This document shows positions 43,979-62,093 of a stretch of DNA of 64,000 nucleotides, in pieces. The notes beneath the pieces were generated by a model. That model was not told the origin of the DNA. It was given only the letters and a program-made list of their open reading frames with translations, and did no database searches. Every line of letters begins with the position of its first letter. The first letter of the stretch is position 1. The stretch lies in the NCBI RefSeq assembly GCF_009914755.1, contig NC_060930.1. The stretch is one strand, 5' to 3'. The stretch is from the human T2T-CHM13v2.0 reference genome, Homo sapiens. The translations under genes were made by a program, and so were the position numbers.

Positions 43979-44992
43979 CCCTCTTAGATGTGTCATTTTA
44001 AAAATCAAGAAACAGAACACTGGTTTTACTCAGTTGAGTGAAATTATTGTTTATGAACCTGTTGGGGAAAGTCCATTTGTTGTTCTTTAAGGGCTGTGTT
44101 ACTATGGGGTATGCTAGAAAGGAACTGCTAAATTACAGTGACACTCTACCTGTGGAATTTCTAGGTGCCTCTGGTAGCGGGGATGTGTGGGCAGGAGGGA
44201 CTGGATGAGGTGGTTGAGAAAGGGGTACACAGGGTGACCCCATGGGGCTGTGCAGGTTGTGATCTCACCACAGATGAGAGAGACTGGCAATCCAACCATG
44301 CTCAGCTCACCAGGATGCATGCCCTTGGGCAGGGCTTTATCCACCCAGAGAAAGGGCCCTTTCCTAGCTTTCACAAAGATACTATATAAGCCCAACACAA
44401 AACCTCATTAAGGCACCCTATAGACCAATAGTGGACCTTCTGATTTGTAATAATCACTTTAATCATATGTTTACAATTGGTATAAAATTAGGACATAGGA
44501 GGTATGTCATAGAATCTGAAAATCAGAACTTGGGTACTGTGCGTAAGTCCTGTATGGAGTGTATATCTTGGGGACAGGGTCTGTTTTGCTTCTGAAATAG
44601 CCGAATTCCATTTGCAAAGACTCTCTTTTTCTTTCTCTTTCTCTTTCTGTGTGTGTGTGTATCTACAAGCTGATCTCCATAATAAGCTTCACAAGGTTTG
44701 CTGTGTGCCTTGAGCTGCTCTGTATTGCATATTCCCATGTCTGAAAATTTCTCACTACTTGTAAAAATACTTTAACATCTTGCTGTGAAACAGGAAAAGG
44801 TTTTGTTTCCTGGTTTTGGCAAAATTTGCTTAATGCATATATTAGTCTTTTGGGGCTGCCTAATAAAGCTTCTCCTTTATTATCAGAGAGATACTATGTA
44901 TGTCACTTTAAATAATTCCCTTAGAGGCATGTTGGGAACAATGACTTTCACAATTGTTCTTTGTAGCATCCAGTGTCTTGGTTATTTATGTG

Positions 44993-45344
44993 TGATATGG
45001 TTTGGCTGTGTCCCCACCAAATCTCAACTTGAATTGTATCTCCCAGAATTCCCATGTGTTGTGGGAGGGACCCAGGGGAAGGTAATTGAATCCTGGGGAT
45101 TGGTCTTCCCTGTGCTATTCTCGTGATAGTGAATAAGTCTCATGAGATCTGATGGGTTTATCAGGGGTTTCTGCTTTTGCTCCTTCCTCATTTTCTCTTG
45201 CCACCACAATGTAAGAAGTGCCTTTCACCTCCCACTATGACTCTGGGGCCTCCCCAGCCATGTGGTACTATAAGTCCAATTAAACCTCTTTTCTTCCCAG
45301 TCTTGGGTATGTCTTTATCAGCAGTGTGAAAATGGACTAATACA
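44993..45344 (+). mobile_element. THE1-family solo LTR (sense to STX11)
   Basis: TGATATGGTTTGGCTGTGTCCCC...GGACTAATACA termini; 5-bp TSD ATGTG. Confidence 0.92.
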
Positions 45345-45926
45345 ATGTGATTGTCACCTCCACTCTTTGGTCTGCTGAGGTAGGTGGAAACCTGCTTTCT
45401 GAATTGTTCCTTCCTGATATGACAGAAAATTTTAAGATTCTATGTGCCAAATATAGTAGGCTATTCAAAGCAGGATCTAGGTCTCAATGGCTAGAATATT
45501 TAACTAATAGAATATCACCATCCTTCCTTGTTCCCTGTGAATGCTATCAGAGTATTTATTCATGTACCTGAGGGTGCCTCATCATAGTAAGCTCAGTCTT
45601 CAATTTTATTCATACTCCCATGCCTGCAACAATTATAATTTTCCATCATAAAATGAAGGGATCAGAATAAACTATTTCAAACATTCTTGATTCCTTTTCC
45701 TTTTGAGCTTCAGAGATTGTTTTTATGAAAGTGAGTTTTCAGCTGACTTTCTTATTTAGCCTCCATACCAGGGAGCCAGAAGGCAGTGCTTATGAAAGCC
45801 ACCATCTTTCCAGTGGGGGAGAGAGGCCAGTAGCTACCCCTTTTCCTTCTCTATCAGGTTTTTGCTCATCGAGATTGCCCCCAAGCTAGGAATTATTATA
45901 AGTTCTCCAGAATTGCATGATAATTA

Positions 45927-46243
<317 letters not shown>

Positions 46244-48344
46244 AAAAAGCTGACATGGTAGGTATCTATGGAATGGGTCACAAATTTGAGTATGCATTAT
46301 AATCACCTGGAGATCATCCTAGGCCTACCGAATCAGAAACTCTAGGTGCCCAGGCATCTGTAATCTTTGAAGCTCTCCAGAAGATTCTGTCACCTCTTGC
46401 AGACCGAGGACCACTGAGCTACCATCATCTCTTTGTTCCTTTGTTTTCTCTTACACAAAACTTTATTGCTCAATGAAAAAAGGCTTAAGCAATACCCCCT
46501 TCCTTCCTTATTGGATCTGGTTTTCAGTACAGATTATATGCATGCCTGAAAAGAAAATTAGAAAGCAGAAGCAGATTTTTGGTAGTTGGTTGTCAATTTT
46601 CTTTTGAATTCTTCACCTCCATGCAAATTGAAGCAGGACTTATTTTTAGCAACTTGATGAATGCAATTTACCAAAGTTTATTACATTATCTTTTATTACA
46701 ATAAGACAGGAAGGTCAGTGGAATTGTCTGATTTTTCTTTCTCATTTACCATAGTTCTCTTTCTAGGAACTCATAGTACAGAATCAAGCTATGGGATATA
46801 TAGGTTATTTTGATTCTCTATTTGTGCCCACTTCTATATTTTTGTATAACTTCAGTAGTGTATACACTTTTAACCTTTTTGGAGACATTCTTAGGAATAG
46901 CAGTCTCTTCGTTGACTTTCTGTTGTAGTTTTCCTAATGTTTGCTCCCTGGTGACCAGGAGACCTTCTATGTCAGTGGAGACAACTCATCCAAGGCTGGC
47001 TGAGCCAAGAGAGGTGGGCAGGAAGGCCAGGTGAAGGCCCCCTTCCCTCCTTTACCACACCTCAATAGAGAATCTTTATGTCTCCTGTACCCTTTCTTTT
47101 TCTCTTATTAGCACATTATGGACTTGCGCCTTCACATGAGCTTGGGCCCTTACCTGATTTATAATTTGCTATCTATGACTTTATGGTTGTTCAATCTTGA
47201 GAAGGAATGACTGTCCCTGGACATCTTCCAAAACCATTTTCTATATGATTGAATTGTACTTGACTCTTCTTATTGTGATGAGATGATTTCCCCCAATAGC
47301 TTTTTAATGGCTGTAGGAGAGCAATACAGAGCACAGGACCTGTCTAGGATAAGCAGGATACATACAAATGATCCCTAGTGTCCCAGGGCGTGGTACAGTC
47401 CCTTATCTACCCATTTCCTTCCATTGAAGTGCCTTGTAAGGCTTGGCCAACATGTAAGGAAGGAAGGCATCTCTCACCTATTCTTGCCTTGTTCATCAAA
47501 ATGCATCCATTCCATCTCATCCACTTGTTGCATGGTAGACTATATTGGGTACTAACTTAAGCAGATGGGTACAGCTCAACTCTACGCAAACTAGCTAATG
47601 TGCTTTCCCCAGGTAGCATAAAATGTTAACTTGATTGCCATGCATAGACTTTTAAAAGTTGCTAAGGAGTTAGTCCTTTAAACGAATAGTATTTATTGTT
47701 TTATGGGGGTTTTTAAATTATGAAATGTGTGTGGACATTATAAAAATTTTGGAAAATACAGAAAAGCAAAAGGAAGCAATTTAAACCATGTATAATTCCA
47801 CAACTCAAAGAAAACTATAATTAACACTTTGATGTGTATTACTCAAGTTTCTGTTTCAGAATGCTGCACATTCTCTTTCTCCATAACTACTTTTTATGCC
47901 TAACAGAGTATATATGCTTTTCATGCCATTAGATAGCCTTCTAAACTCTGTGACTTATGTAGAAGCCAGGACCTCATTATTGTGCATTTAACTTATTTCT
48001 GAATTTCTGCAAAAACAAGGTGGTGATGAAAATATTTAGAGCAATGAGTTTCATACACTTTTGCATTATATCTTTAGAATAAATGCACATATGTCAAAAC
48101 AAATGCACACTTGAAAAGCTTTTGATACATATTACTAAACTGACTTCCAGAAAGATTCTATCAATTACCAATTTTTTAAAATAATGAATAGACTTTGTTT
48201 GCAAAATCATTAAGTTGCAAAAACAAAGACACCACAGGAGTTTTAAATTAGACTTTTTTTTAATCTAGAAAAAAAATTTAATGTACTTGCTTAGTTCAGC
48301 AGAAGCTGAGAGAGGTCTCAAGACCCTGAACAATAATACTGATT

Positions 48345-49040
48345 TTATTATTTTATCTTATTTTATGTTTTTAAGTTCCGGGGTACACGTGCAAGATGCG
48401 CAGGTTTGTTACAGAGGTAAACATGTGCCATGGTGGTTTGCTGCACAGATCATCCCATCACCTAGGTTTTAAGCTCAGCATGCATCAGCTCTTTTTCCTA
48501 ATGCTCTCCCCTCCCCCGCACTTCCCCGACAGGCCCCACTGTGCGTTATTCCCCTCCCTGTGTCCAGGTGTTCTCATTGTTCACCTCCCACTTATAAGTG
48601 AGAACATGCAGTGTTTGGTTTTCTGTTCCTGCATTAGTTTGCTGAGGATAATGGCTTCCAGCTTCATCCATGTCCCTGCAAAGAACATGATCTCATTCCT
48701 CTTTATGGCTGTATAGTACAGTCTAACATTGATGGGCATTTGGGTTGGTTCCGTGTCTTTGCTATTGTGAATAGGGCTGCAGTGAACATTGACATGCATG
48801 TGTCTTTATAATAGAATGATTTATATTCCTTTGGGTATATACCCAGTAATGGGATCGCTGGCTCAAATGGTGTTTCCAGTTCTAAATCTTTGAGGAATTG
48901 CCACACTGTCTTCCACAATGGTTGAACTAATTCACATTCCCACCAACAGTGTAAAAGCATTCCTATTTCTTCACAACCACCATCAGCATCTGTTGTTTCT
49001 TGACATTTTAATAGTCACCATTCTGACTGGCATGAGATGG
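48345..49040 (-). mobile_element. L1PA-type 3' fragment (antisense)
   Basis: Minus-strand ORF2 C-terminal-like peptide (LLHCWWECELVQPLWKTVW) and L1 3'UTR; small internal deletion near 48718. Confidence 0.9.
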
Positions 49041-50778
49041 AATTACCAGTATGTTTTGAGAGTTCCCAGAATCCTTACCCATTTGAAAAAGTATTGTTTT
49101 TAAAAAATTCCTGCTAACTTTATGGGCAAGAAAATTCTCAGCAGTTTAATTTGCATTTCCTTGTTTAATACAGAAGTCTTTTGTGACTATATTTTTATAC
49201 TTTTGCTAAAGATTATTTAGTGCATTGGTTAAGTGGTGCTATTCTAACGCCTGAGTGTTCACTTACTGATGACCTTGAGTAAATTCCTTGATCTCCCTAT
49301 GCTCACACCAACTCTGATAATGGCAGTACCTACTCATAGAATCTGTATGAAGACTAAAGAGGGTATCACATGAAAGATGCCTAGAAAATATCAGGCATAT
49401 ATAACATACGTTTATGTTCTCTGTCATTTACATCTTCTCTGAATTGCTTCACTGTCTTTGGGTAAGTAGATTTTTTGGTAGCTTAGAAATATATATATTA
49501 AGTATCTTAACCTCTTGTCTGTCATATATTATAATTTCTCCCCAGTTGGTGGTTTGTCTTTCAATTTTGTTCAAAGTGAGGAAACAGTTGAATATCAAGA
49601 AATTCAGACCAGGTGAAGGCATAGTTTTGGTCCAGGGTGGATCTTTTTTCTGCCTGTCAACCATACTGCTAGGAGAATCACCTTCCCCATCCGTGAGAAG
49701 GTCTGGTATTGATTATAGCCACCAGATATCAGAAATGGCACTTTAAGCAGCTTACATTGTTACATTAAAAATCACCATCATAGAATAAAACTTCTGCTTA
49801 ATTTATGTAAATAATGATCATGGTAGATGAAAGGCCGTGGTTAATATTTCACCATTTTCCATTTACCACCAAATCCAACTTGTCAGCATTCCATTAGTGG
49901 TGATATAAAATTAATTACTTCAACTTGAAAGAAGCTTTTAATTTGAGACCAAGAACCCTGATAGATTGCGTAACCATTAAGTGTTACTACTTTTCCCCTC
50001 TTTGCTGCAAATTGTGTAGTAGAAAAAGAATCTTTCTCATCATGAAGTCTTGTGTATAAACACAAGATATTCCCTATATTAGCATATATACATGCTACTA
50101 AAAATGAAAGTTTTTCACTTCACTGAAAAGCAATATGAACATAGAGACTATTACTTTGCCTTACTAAGCAGAGGAATTACCAGAACCATCCTTGTAAAAA
50201 CATGAACATTCTGCTTGAGCTGCCAACTTGTTTCAAAAAGCTATTAAAAGTGGGCAAACATTGCTGCTACATGATGAATGAATGGGAGTGTGTTGTAGTA
50301 TTGCTACTAGGCCACGTATGATTGGAATTTTCCACATAAAAGCATTTTAAAAAGCAGTGTTATTTACGATGCTTATCATTAGGGAATGATATTGAGAAGA
50401 GGAGTAAGGAAACCTCAACTTCTAAATTTTACACTTAGATTTCTGTATTTTGTTGTCATTTTACTTCAAGCATGTTTTACTTTTACAACATCTTCAAGAG
50501 AAAAAAATTTAAATCATGATTTGCATGGTAACTGTTTTAAGAGTTGTTAGTGTGTACAGGAGGGGATGCTTCCCAGTGCCGAAATAGACACAAAATAGGC
50601 AACATTTAGATGTTGGCCCCAAAGCCTTGTAGATTATCCTCAATTAAAAATACTTAAGTTTGCAAGTCTTTCTTCTTCTTTTTTCTTTTTTTTTTTTTCT
50701 GTGTCTGTTTTAATTTGCAATGATTGGAAAACATAAAGCAATGAAAAGAGATGGTTTCCCAATGCAATCTAAAATTTT

Positions 50779-50973
50779 CACACACCAGGGCCTGTTGTGG
50801 GGTGGGGGGAGGGGGGAGGGATAGCATTAGGAGATATACCTAATGTAAATGATGAGTTAATGGGTGCAGCACACCAACATGGCACAGGTATACATATGTA
50901 ACAAACCTGCACGTTGTGCACATGTACCCTAGAACTTAAAGTATAATAAAATATATATAAATAAATAAATAAA
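50779..50973 (+). mobile_element. 5'-truncated primate L1PA 3' end
   Basis: L1 3'UTR G-tract, ...GTACCCTAGAACTTAAAGTATAATAAA, A-rich tail; TSD TAAAATTTT at 50770-50778 and 50974-50982. Confidence 0.93.
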
Positions 50974-51218
50974 TAAAATTTTAAATTGCTCATTGAGTTC
51001 TGCGCGGCTATGATATTGAACTGCAGGTGCCTATAGGCCTTAAAACACAACTGTTTCATGTTGTTCAGTCATCTTATTTCTTTCCTTGTAAGCAAAATGT
51101 CAGAACATTTAGCTCCTTTAGTGCACTTATTGCCCACACCGAGGAATACAAAATTGGGACTGCTGAGTAAAATGTTTAAGTTTCAATCCCTTGAAGGCAA
51201 ATATTTGACTCTCAATAG

Positions 51219-52170
<952 letters not shown>

Positions 52171-53260
52171 AGGACGCACCAAAGCCGGGAGCTCTGCCCT
52201 GCAGGGAGTTGCCCCAACCCTTTCCGGAACTCAGTCTTTAGAAAAGAAACGCCAGGTTCAAGAATTGCAAACCAGCCTGTGCTTGGAAAGATGGTTAGTT
52301 GATACCGTCCGATGATTCTTCAGTAAAGATAGATTCCCACAAAGTTGTGCAATGTCATTATATGACACCTTGCACTCTTACCGTCTTGACAGAAGCCAAG
52401 TAAGGAACTGAAGTTGTATCTGACTGTAGGGTGAATGTCTGAGGCCTGCCTCCTAATAAAGACTCAAGGAGGAAGTCAATTGGGCATCTGCTAATAGAAT
52501 GAACTCATGATGGAAACTTCAGTTCATTTACTTTGTCCTGAAAATTCCCTGGTTCTGTTCCATTTTGAGCGAAATTGGCCTTGGGAAAAACCACGTTCTT
52601 CCTTTCCGATTCTTCATCCGGTCTACGCTATGCAATTCCTCCCCAAATATAGATCTTATTTCTGCTCATTTCCCCTACTTATTAAAATCACACCAAACAC
52701 TTACTATTTTCTTATCTCTTTCACTTTTTAAATATCTTTCACCAGGTTATATTTTGGTATTATTTTTCCAAACATTTTTAAGCACTGAATATCGAACAAG
52801 CACTCAAATTGAAGTATCAGTCATGTTTTGTGTATTTTTCGCTGATAAAAATTATTTAACATTTATATTTTTACTTGATTACATATGCACATGTATGTAA
52901 ATGTAAAATACTAATATTCACTAATATATGTACATAATGATCAATTGGTTTAACTTCTTTTATGTAAGTATGGTATATAAATTTCAAGACGAACACTTTT
53001 CTGGCTCTTGGTATTGGTTTGCTTGTTTTGAGTTTGTTTCACTCCAGTTTGCCCCTTCCTAGTCCAGTTTGGGTCAAACTTCATGTTAAACAACTCTGCA
53101 TTGGTTATGGCGGTAGACATATGGCGGTAGAAAATGTATACGGAGCTAGAGACAACTAACATTCTTGGAAATACTGCTTTTGTTTTACTGTGGACCATTC
53201 CTTCCATGCATTGAAATGGAGAAATTCAAAGTAAAAGAATTCTGTTTTTCAAGCAAGCTT

Positions 53261-53266
53261 AATAAA
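53261..53266 (+). terminator. Candidate proximal polyadenylation signal AATAAA
   Basis: Canonical hexamer followed by T-rich sequence, just 5' of the 3'UTR Alu pair. Confidence 0.45.
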
Positions 53267-53337
53267 CATTACATTATACACATATTTTTATACATTTCTG
53301 GCTTGACCATTTAGTTTACTTTCTCAATTATTGTTAA

Positions 53338-53949
<612 letters not shown>

Positions 53950-54804
53950 AAATTTTTTTTCTACTAGCTACTGAGGCTGCCACATCTGGATGGAACTGAG
54001 TGGAGGGGGAAAAGAATGAAAAACTCAAAAGAATTCCCATGAGGGTGTCTTGCTTTCTCTCCTGAGTTACAATACTTTAGCAAAATCATGAGGCTTTAGA
54101 GATATGGTGTAGTCTGCAAACTTCTTAATGCCCTTACCCACATTTACCATGTTTCCTGGCCTTCCTCTGTGTCAACTCTTAGCTCTTCCTAATCATTATT
54201 TAATACATGAGTGAGTTTAGTAGTGATCATATTTCTCAGGTCCTTTAGAAGCTGGAATTTTAAAAGAATTAGAAGGAGGAGTATGTGAATTCTTTGGAGC
54301 TCACTGCCTGACTTGCTTATGACCAGGAAAATCTATCCCCTGTATCTAATTTTAATTTCATGGTTAAATTTGAGAATTGTGGAAACCAAGTTCCACAAGG
54401 CTATTCTCATATTTCTTCCAATTTCTTTTTCAGCCAACTCCAAGGATATGTATCACCTTTGACTTAATTTGCTTTCTCTAAGGGAAAGGGGAAAAAATGT
54501 TCACATAGCTCCACTGCAATGTTTTTTATAATAGAGGAGAGATATTGTAAATAGAGACTGCCAGCCAGTTTCCACAAAAAAACGAAGAGTTCATAAATTT
54601 GACATGTTTGAACCCATAAAGCATTTTCTTTGCTTGGAACCATTATAAAAGTAAGTGAGTTTTCAGGCTCTATATACATTTTAATTCCTCACGTTTTATA
54701 TTGGAGAGTTCGGTACAGACTGTCCATTACTGCACCAAAAGAATGAGTGAACTGTTACCTATAGGGAAAGAACACTTCTTCTTCCTGCTGTTTGGGAACC
54801 ATCT

Positions 54805-55050
54805 CAGTGTGGCGTAATGGTTAGGAGTACAGATTCCAGATCCTGTTTCTTAGATTTAAATCTTGACTCTGCCACATACTAGCTGTCTGACTGAACCTTG
54901 GTTTTTCTGTGCTTCAGTTTCCTCATCTGTAAAACGGAGATAACAGTACTTACCTCATAGAGCTGTTGTGAAAAGTGATGACTGAATATGTAAAAGCACC
55001 TAGAACAGTGCCTGGCACATGCTAAGTGCTTTGTTCATTATTGTTGTTAT
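54805..55050. mobile_element. MIR in the 3'UTR
   Basis: Core CTTCAGTTTCCTCATCTGTAAAACGGAGATAACAGTAC...CAGTGCCTGGCACAT. Confidence 0.85.
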
Positions 55051-55124
55051 TATGTAATTTTCTCTCAGACTGAGAGCACTGTTAGTGACCCAAGTAAATT
55101 TATAGTTTTTAAGTACAGAGGAAA

Positions 55125-55176
55125 AATAAAGCCTATTTTTTGTTAACAGTCTTAATAAATAATAAAATGGAATAAA
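55125..55176 (+). terminator. Cluster of four AATAAA hexamers (candidate intermediate poly(A) site)
   Basis: AATAAA at 55125, 55154, 55161 and 55171, with a T-run at ~55212-55223. Confidence 0.45.
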
Positions 55177-56310
55177 GAAACCAAGACCCCATCTTCTGTG
55201 AATATTAGGGCTTTTTTTTTTTTGACAGTCATAAAGATGTTTTCACTATGGCATTTCTATCCCTGTGTATATCCAAACATGTCCTGAAGAAGAAATGAGA
55301 TGTTCCACCAAAAACACGTAAGCAGGAAGCAGCTGTTCTGCTCAGCTTGGCAGGTGTTCTTTCCTAATTCTTCCCAAGCTGTGAGTCAGAAAGTCCTGGA
55401 AGGAGTTGTAGGAAGTTGTAGAGGCTGGGTCACTGACCTAAGAGAAGGCATCATTTGGCCCACTGCACGTCCTGGCCTATTCACCAAAGCCCTTCCTGGC
55501 TCTGACTGCCACACCAGGCAGTGGGTGAAATGCTGGCTTTTTCCTTAAGAAATTGTGTTCTAGTGCCACCAAGAGATGCTGTAGAGCTGGCTTTACCAAT
55601 CTCATGATGCTTGCTTGGCAACTCTGAAAGGTGACTTTGGCCAAGAAGACCTTGTGGCAATTCTGCAAATTTTATACACTCATATCTTTTAGGGTACAAA
55701 ATGAAAGAACAAATCACAAAGAACAATAGATCCTTCAGGAGCTGAAGGTAAGAATCTTTTATAGCTATTTTAACATATACAGTGACTACTTTCTACTAGC
55801 CAAATATCAAATTTTACAACTACCACCAAGCCACAGATTATAGGTGGTAACAACTCCAGAAATGTCCTAACTAGGAAAGGTGCTCATCTAGTATGCATCG
55901 GTATCCAGGATAATATGAGTTAGAATTTTAAAAATGTCAGTCATTCAAAAATATTTGAACTGTGACATCACAGAAGTAATTTTATGGCCTTTTAAGGTAA
56001 CAACTTAAAAAGAGAACAGTACTCTTTTTATATCAATGCCTTTACATTTATTTAAAAACAGTCCTAATGCTTTATAGTTAAATGTCATATGCAGATATGT
56101 TCAGGCTCTAACATATAAAGTTCCTAACTTGACAGGAAACTACTGAAGATTGTGTACAGCTTAAAAAAAAAAAATAGGGTAACTATAGTCTTGATTTTTA
56201 TGTATAAATTCTATCATTCTATATTTTACCATCAGACATATTTCTACTCCTTTCTTTGAAGTATGCGAAGTATCTCCAACTGCAGCATGCAACTCATTCA
56301 TTTGTAATCA

Positions 56311-56970
<660 letters not shown>

Positions 56971-57174
56971 CTATATTTTTTAATTCCTGATGTTTCTTTT
57001 TAAGTTACATTTTATATTCTATTTGAAGCATCTATAGACACTTCTTGGACCTCTTCTATTTTTCTTAGTCTATATTTCTATATTTTCATGGTCCTATAGC
57101 CAACTCTTTAGACATATCCACTCTTCTGTATCTCAGCATCCCATAATGTTTGATAGAGGGTAAAAATAACAGAG

Positions 57175-57176
<2 letters not shown>

Positions 57177-57214
<38 letters not shown>
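57177..57214. repeat. (CA)n microsatellite
   Basis: Direct reading. Confidence 0.97.
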
Positions 57215-57217
<3 letters not shown>

Positions 57218-57514
57218 TCTACCATCGTCCCCATCCCCTGCTCCTTCTGTCTATCTTAACTTGCAAATGGCAGGATCAATCAACTGCCACCTGCCCAGGT
57301 CAGACAATTATCCTCTCTTGCTTCCATTACTTCAGCAGCTTTTAATTGGCCTCTGGCCTCTAGTCTTATCCTCTCCAGTCTAATCTCTGTACAATGCTAT
57401 AGTACAGCCACAGTGCCTTTTTGTTGTTGTTGTCATTACGCTGTTGTTTTTAATTGCAGTATTATATACATGACTTAAACTTACCATCCTAACCATTCTT
57501 AAATATACATTTCA

Positions 57515-57908
57515 TGTATTGGTTGGTTCTCACATTGCTATAAAGAACTATCTGAGACTGGGTAGTTTATAAAGAGAAAATGTTTAATTGACTCACAGTT
57601 CCATAGGCTGTACAGGAGGCATGGCCAGGGAGGCCTCAGGAAACTTACAATCATGGCAGAAGGTGAAGTGGAAGCAAGTACATCTTCACATGGTGACAGG
57701 AAAGAGAGAGAGAGAGAGAGAGCAAAGGGAGAAGTGCCACACACTTTTAAACCATCAGATCTCATGAGAACTCACTCAGTGTCACAAGAACAGCAAGGGG
57801 GAAATCTGCTCCCATGATCCAATCATCTCCCAGCAGCTCCCTTCCCCAACATTGGGAATTATAATTCAACATGAGATTTGGGTGGGGACACAGAGCCAAA
57901 CTATATCA
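57515..57908 (-). mobile_element. MSTA-type solo LTR inserted into an L1M 3' fragment
   Basis: MST termini; flanks 57420-57514 and 57909-58290 read as one continuous antisense L1MB-like 3' end. Confidence 0.85.
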
Positions 57909-58424
57909 GTTCCCATACTGCTAAGTACACTCATATTGTTGTGCAACCAGTCTCCAGGATTCTTTTCATCTTTCAAAACTGAACTCTATACTCAATAAAC
58001 AAAAACTGCTCATCCCTCCAGCCCCTGGCAACCACCATTCTGCTTTCTATCTCTATGAGCTTGACTGCTCTAGATACTGCATTGAACTGGAATAATATAG
58101 TATTTGTCCTGTCGTGTCTGGCTTATTTCACTTAGCATTATGTCCTCAAGCTTCATCCATGTTGTAGTGCGTGTCAGATTTTAAAGCTCAGTAATATGCC
58201 ATCGTATTTATAGAGTACATTTTGTTTAGTCATTCACCTGTCAATGGACACAGGTTGCTCCCACTTTTTGGCTGCTGTGAATAGTGCCGTTCAACTGCTT
58301 AAAACTCTGTAATGGCTGCTGATTGCTGTTGGGATAAAATCTCATCTCCTTAGTGAGGTTCTTCAAGGCCCTGAAGGAGCCAGGCCCCGCTTACTTTCAG
58401 CTTCATCCCTGACACCTTTCATTG

Positions 58425-58854
<430 letters not shown>

Positions 58855-59783
58855 TAACATCTTACTTGTTTTGGGATCTTAGCACTTTGCATAGTATCTT
58901 TTATAGGCATTTGGGTATTTGTGTTCTACATGCAGAAATAGAGATATTCAGAATTTGTTTTCTGCTATGAGTGACTTTTTGTATAGCTTTTTGAAGATGC
59001 ATATTTTACAGCATAAAGCACGGTATCTAGTTTCTCCTCCCAGAGGATCTGTGTCGGGTGCTGAGTGAGGCCAGGATGCGGTTGGGGGCGCAGTGTCCTG
59101 AGAAGGGGGGTGGGACTTGGTGAGGGGAGGGGACATGGGACTGGAGAAAGACTGCTTGGGAAGAAGCAGATCATGCAGGAGAACGGTCAGTCTGAAAAGG
59201 TGAGTGGAGAGAGAATGAAGTTCTGAGTCACGGGCACTGAAGCCAGCAGAACTGGGAGCAAACAGAGGCTGGGATTGGGTGCTGTGTGGCAGAGCCTGGA
59301 AGAAATAGCTTAGTCAAGGTACAGACTCAATTTGGATGCAAAGAAAGTTGTAAAACTACATTTTATCTGGAAGTGATTTTCTTTTTCTTTTTATTCTTCA
59401 AAGCATGTAAAACAAAGTTTTCTTTTTTTTTAATTTTGGACAAAATGTGTTGGCTTGAGTTTCAGCTGGACATATTTCCATCTAACATGGCATCCAGTAG
59501 GGTAATTTGTGCAAAGTACTTAGCTCCCTGCTCCTAGTCACACAGGGCTGTGTGGCAGCTTTCGGCTTCAGTCCTAAAACGCCCTCAGCCACTGAAGTCG
59601 CCATGGTATGGTAATGGTCTGAGATGCCTCAGTCTGTGCCTCTGAATATGTCAGGGAATCCCACCACCCCCCACCCCACACACATCCAGACTGCTTATGA
59701 ATCCATAATACTTACTCAATACAAAAATGTCTAACAGCCTGTGGATTGTGCAGAACAGTAACAGCAAGGGTCTTCTTTTCCTA

Positions 59784-60290
<507 letters not shown>

Positions 60291-61027
60291 CACATGATTG
60301 TGAACCAAATCAAGCAAAGAATCTCCAGGGGGGTAGTGCCTATAAAAGGAATGTTACCCCCAGATAAAAACAAACTATTTAGATTCTACATGACAGAGGA
60401 ATTTCTCTTGTGGGTAGGAATGTTTAACTAATTCATTCCTTGGCTCTGCTATGTGGTTTACCCTGGTCTCATGCACCCTTAGAAGGGCATAGATGAGGTA
60501 ACATGGTTTCTTTTCATAATCTTCATCCACGCCTTGTCATCTGGTTTATGGAAGAAACCTGTCAAACAAGAAACGTTACCTAGTGGCAAGATGTTAGGAC
60601 ATGCAGTTACTAGGAGAAAGTAAACGGCCTGGAAGATGAAAGACATGGCCATTTTTTTAAGGCTGCAACTCCACAGGAGGGGTAGCTTCTCCTGTTTTGG
60701 CTCCCTGCATTGGCCATTATCAATATTTGAAGTGACTTTGCAAGAAGTTCTCATTTCCAAAAGGAAACCACAGCTTTATTAGAAAAACTTGCATCTCTCT
60801 TCTCTGATAAGAGTGTCAGTGCCACATTAAAAAATGGCCTGGCAGAATGCACTATGGGTATGGGAGTGGCAAGGAGAGATCCTTTCCTTCTTGCTAAGAG
60901 ACAAAAAGGCTTAAAATAAATATTTTTGGAAGAAATAATCCAGTGATGTGAATGAGTTTGAGTTATAAAATGAAAAAGAAGAAAGGAAGAAAGAAGGATG
61001 ACCTGTTCCTAGACAGAAAGTAAGTCA

Positions 61028-61352
<325 letters not shown>

Positions 61353-61744
61353 TCAGAAAGCAAGAAAAACTTGTGCACTCAGAAGGGCAGACCAAGAAGA
61401 GAGGGCATGGCCGAGTGGACCAAAACTTAGAAAGTGGAAGCTGAAAATACAAAACACAGACTCTCCTGTGAACTAGTTCAGTTTCTTTACATCTGTATAC
61501 CAACAAACAGAAAGAGTAAGTAAACAACTCTCTTGGCTGATCTTGTCAAAAGGGACAACAGTTACAACTAGAAGTTGGTAAGTTGTTTTCATTTTCCTCT
61601 GTGCATGCCCTGTGAGTATAATTTGGTAAAATTATATATTATGATAGTCTATGGCATAATATTGTTTGGGCTTAAATTCAGTGTAAGTGAGATGAAAATT
61701 TTGGAAATTTCTCCTAACAACTAAAGGTATTTACAGATTTCTAA

Positions 61745-62093
<349 letters not shown>

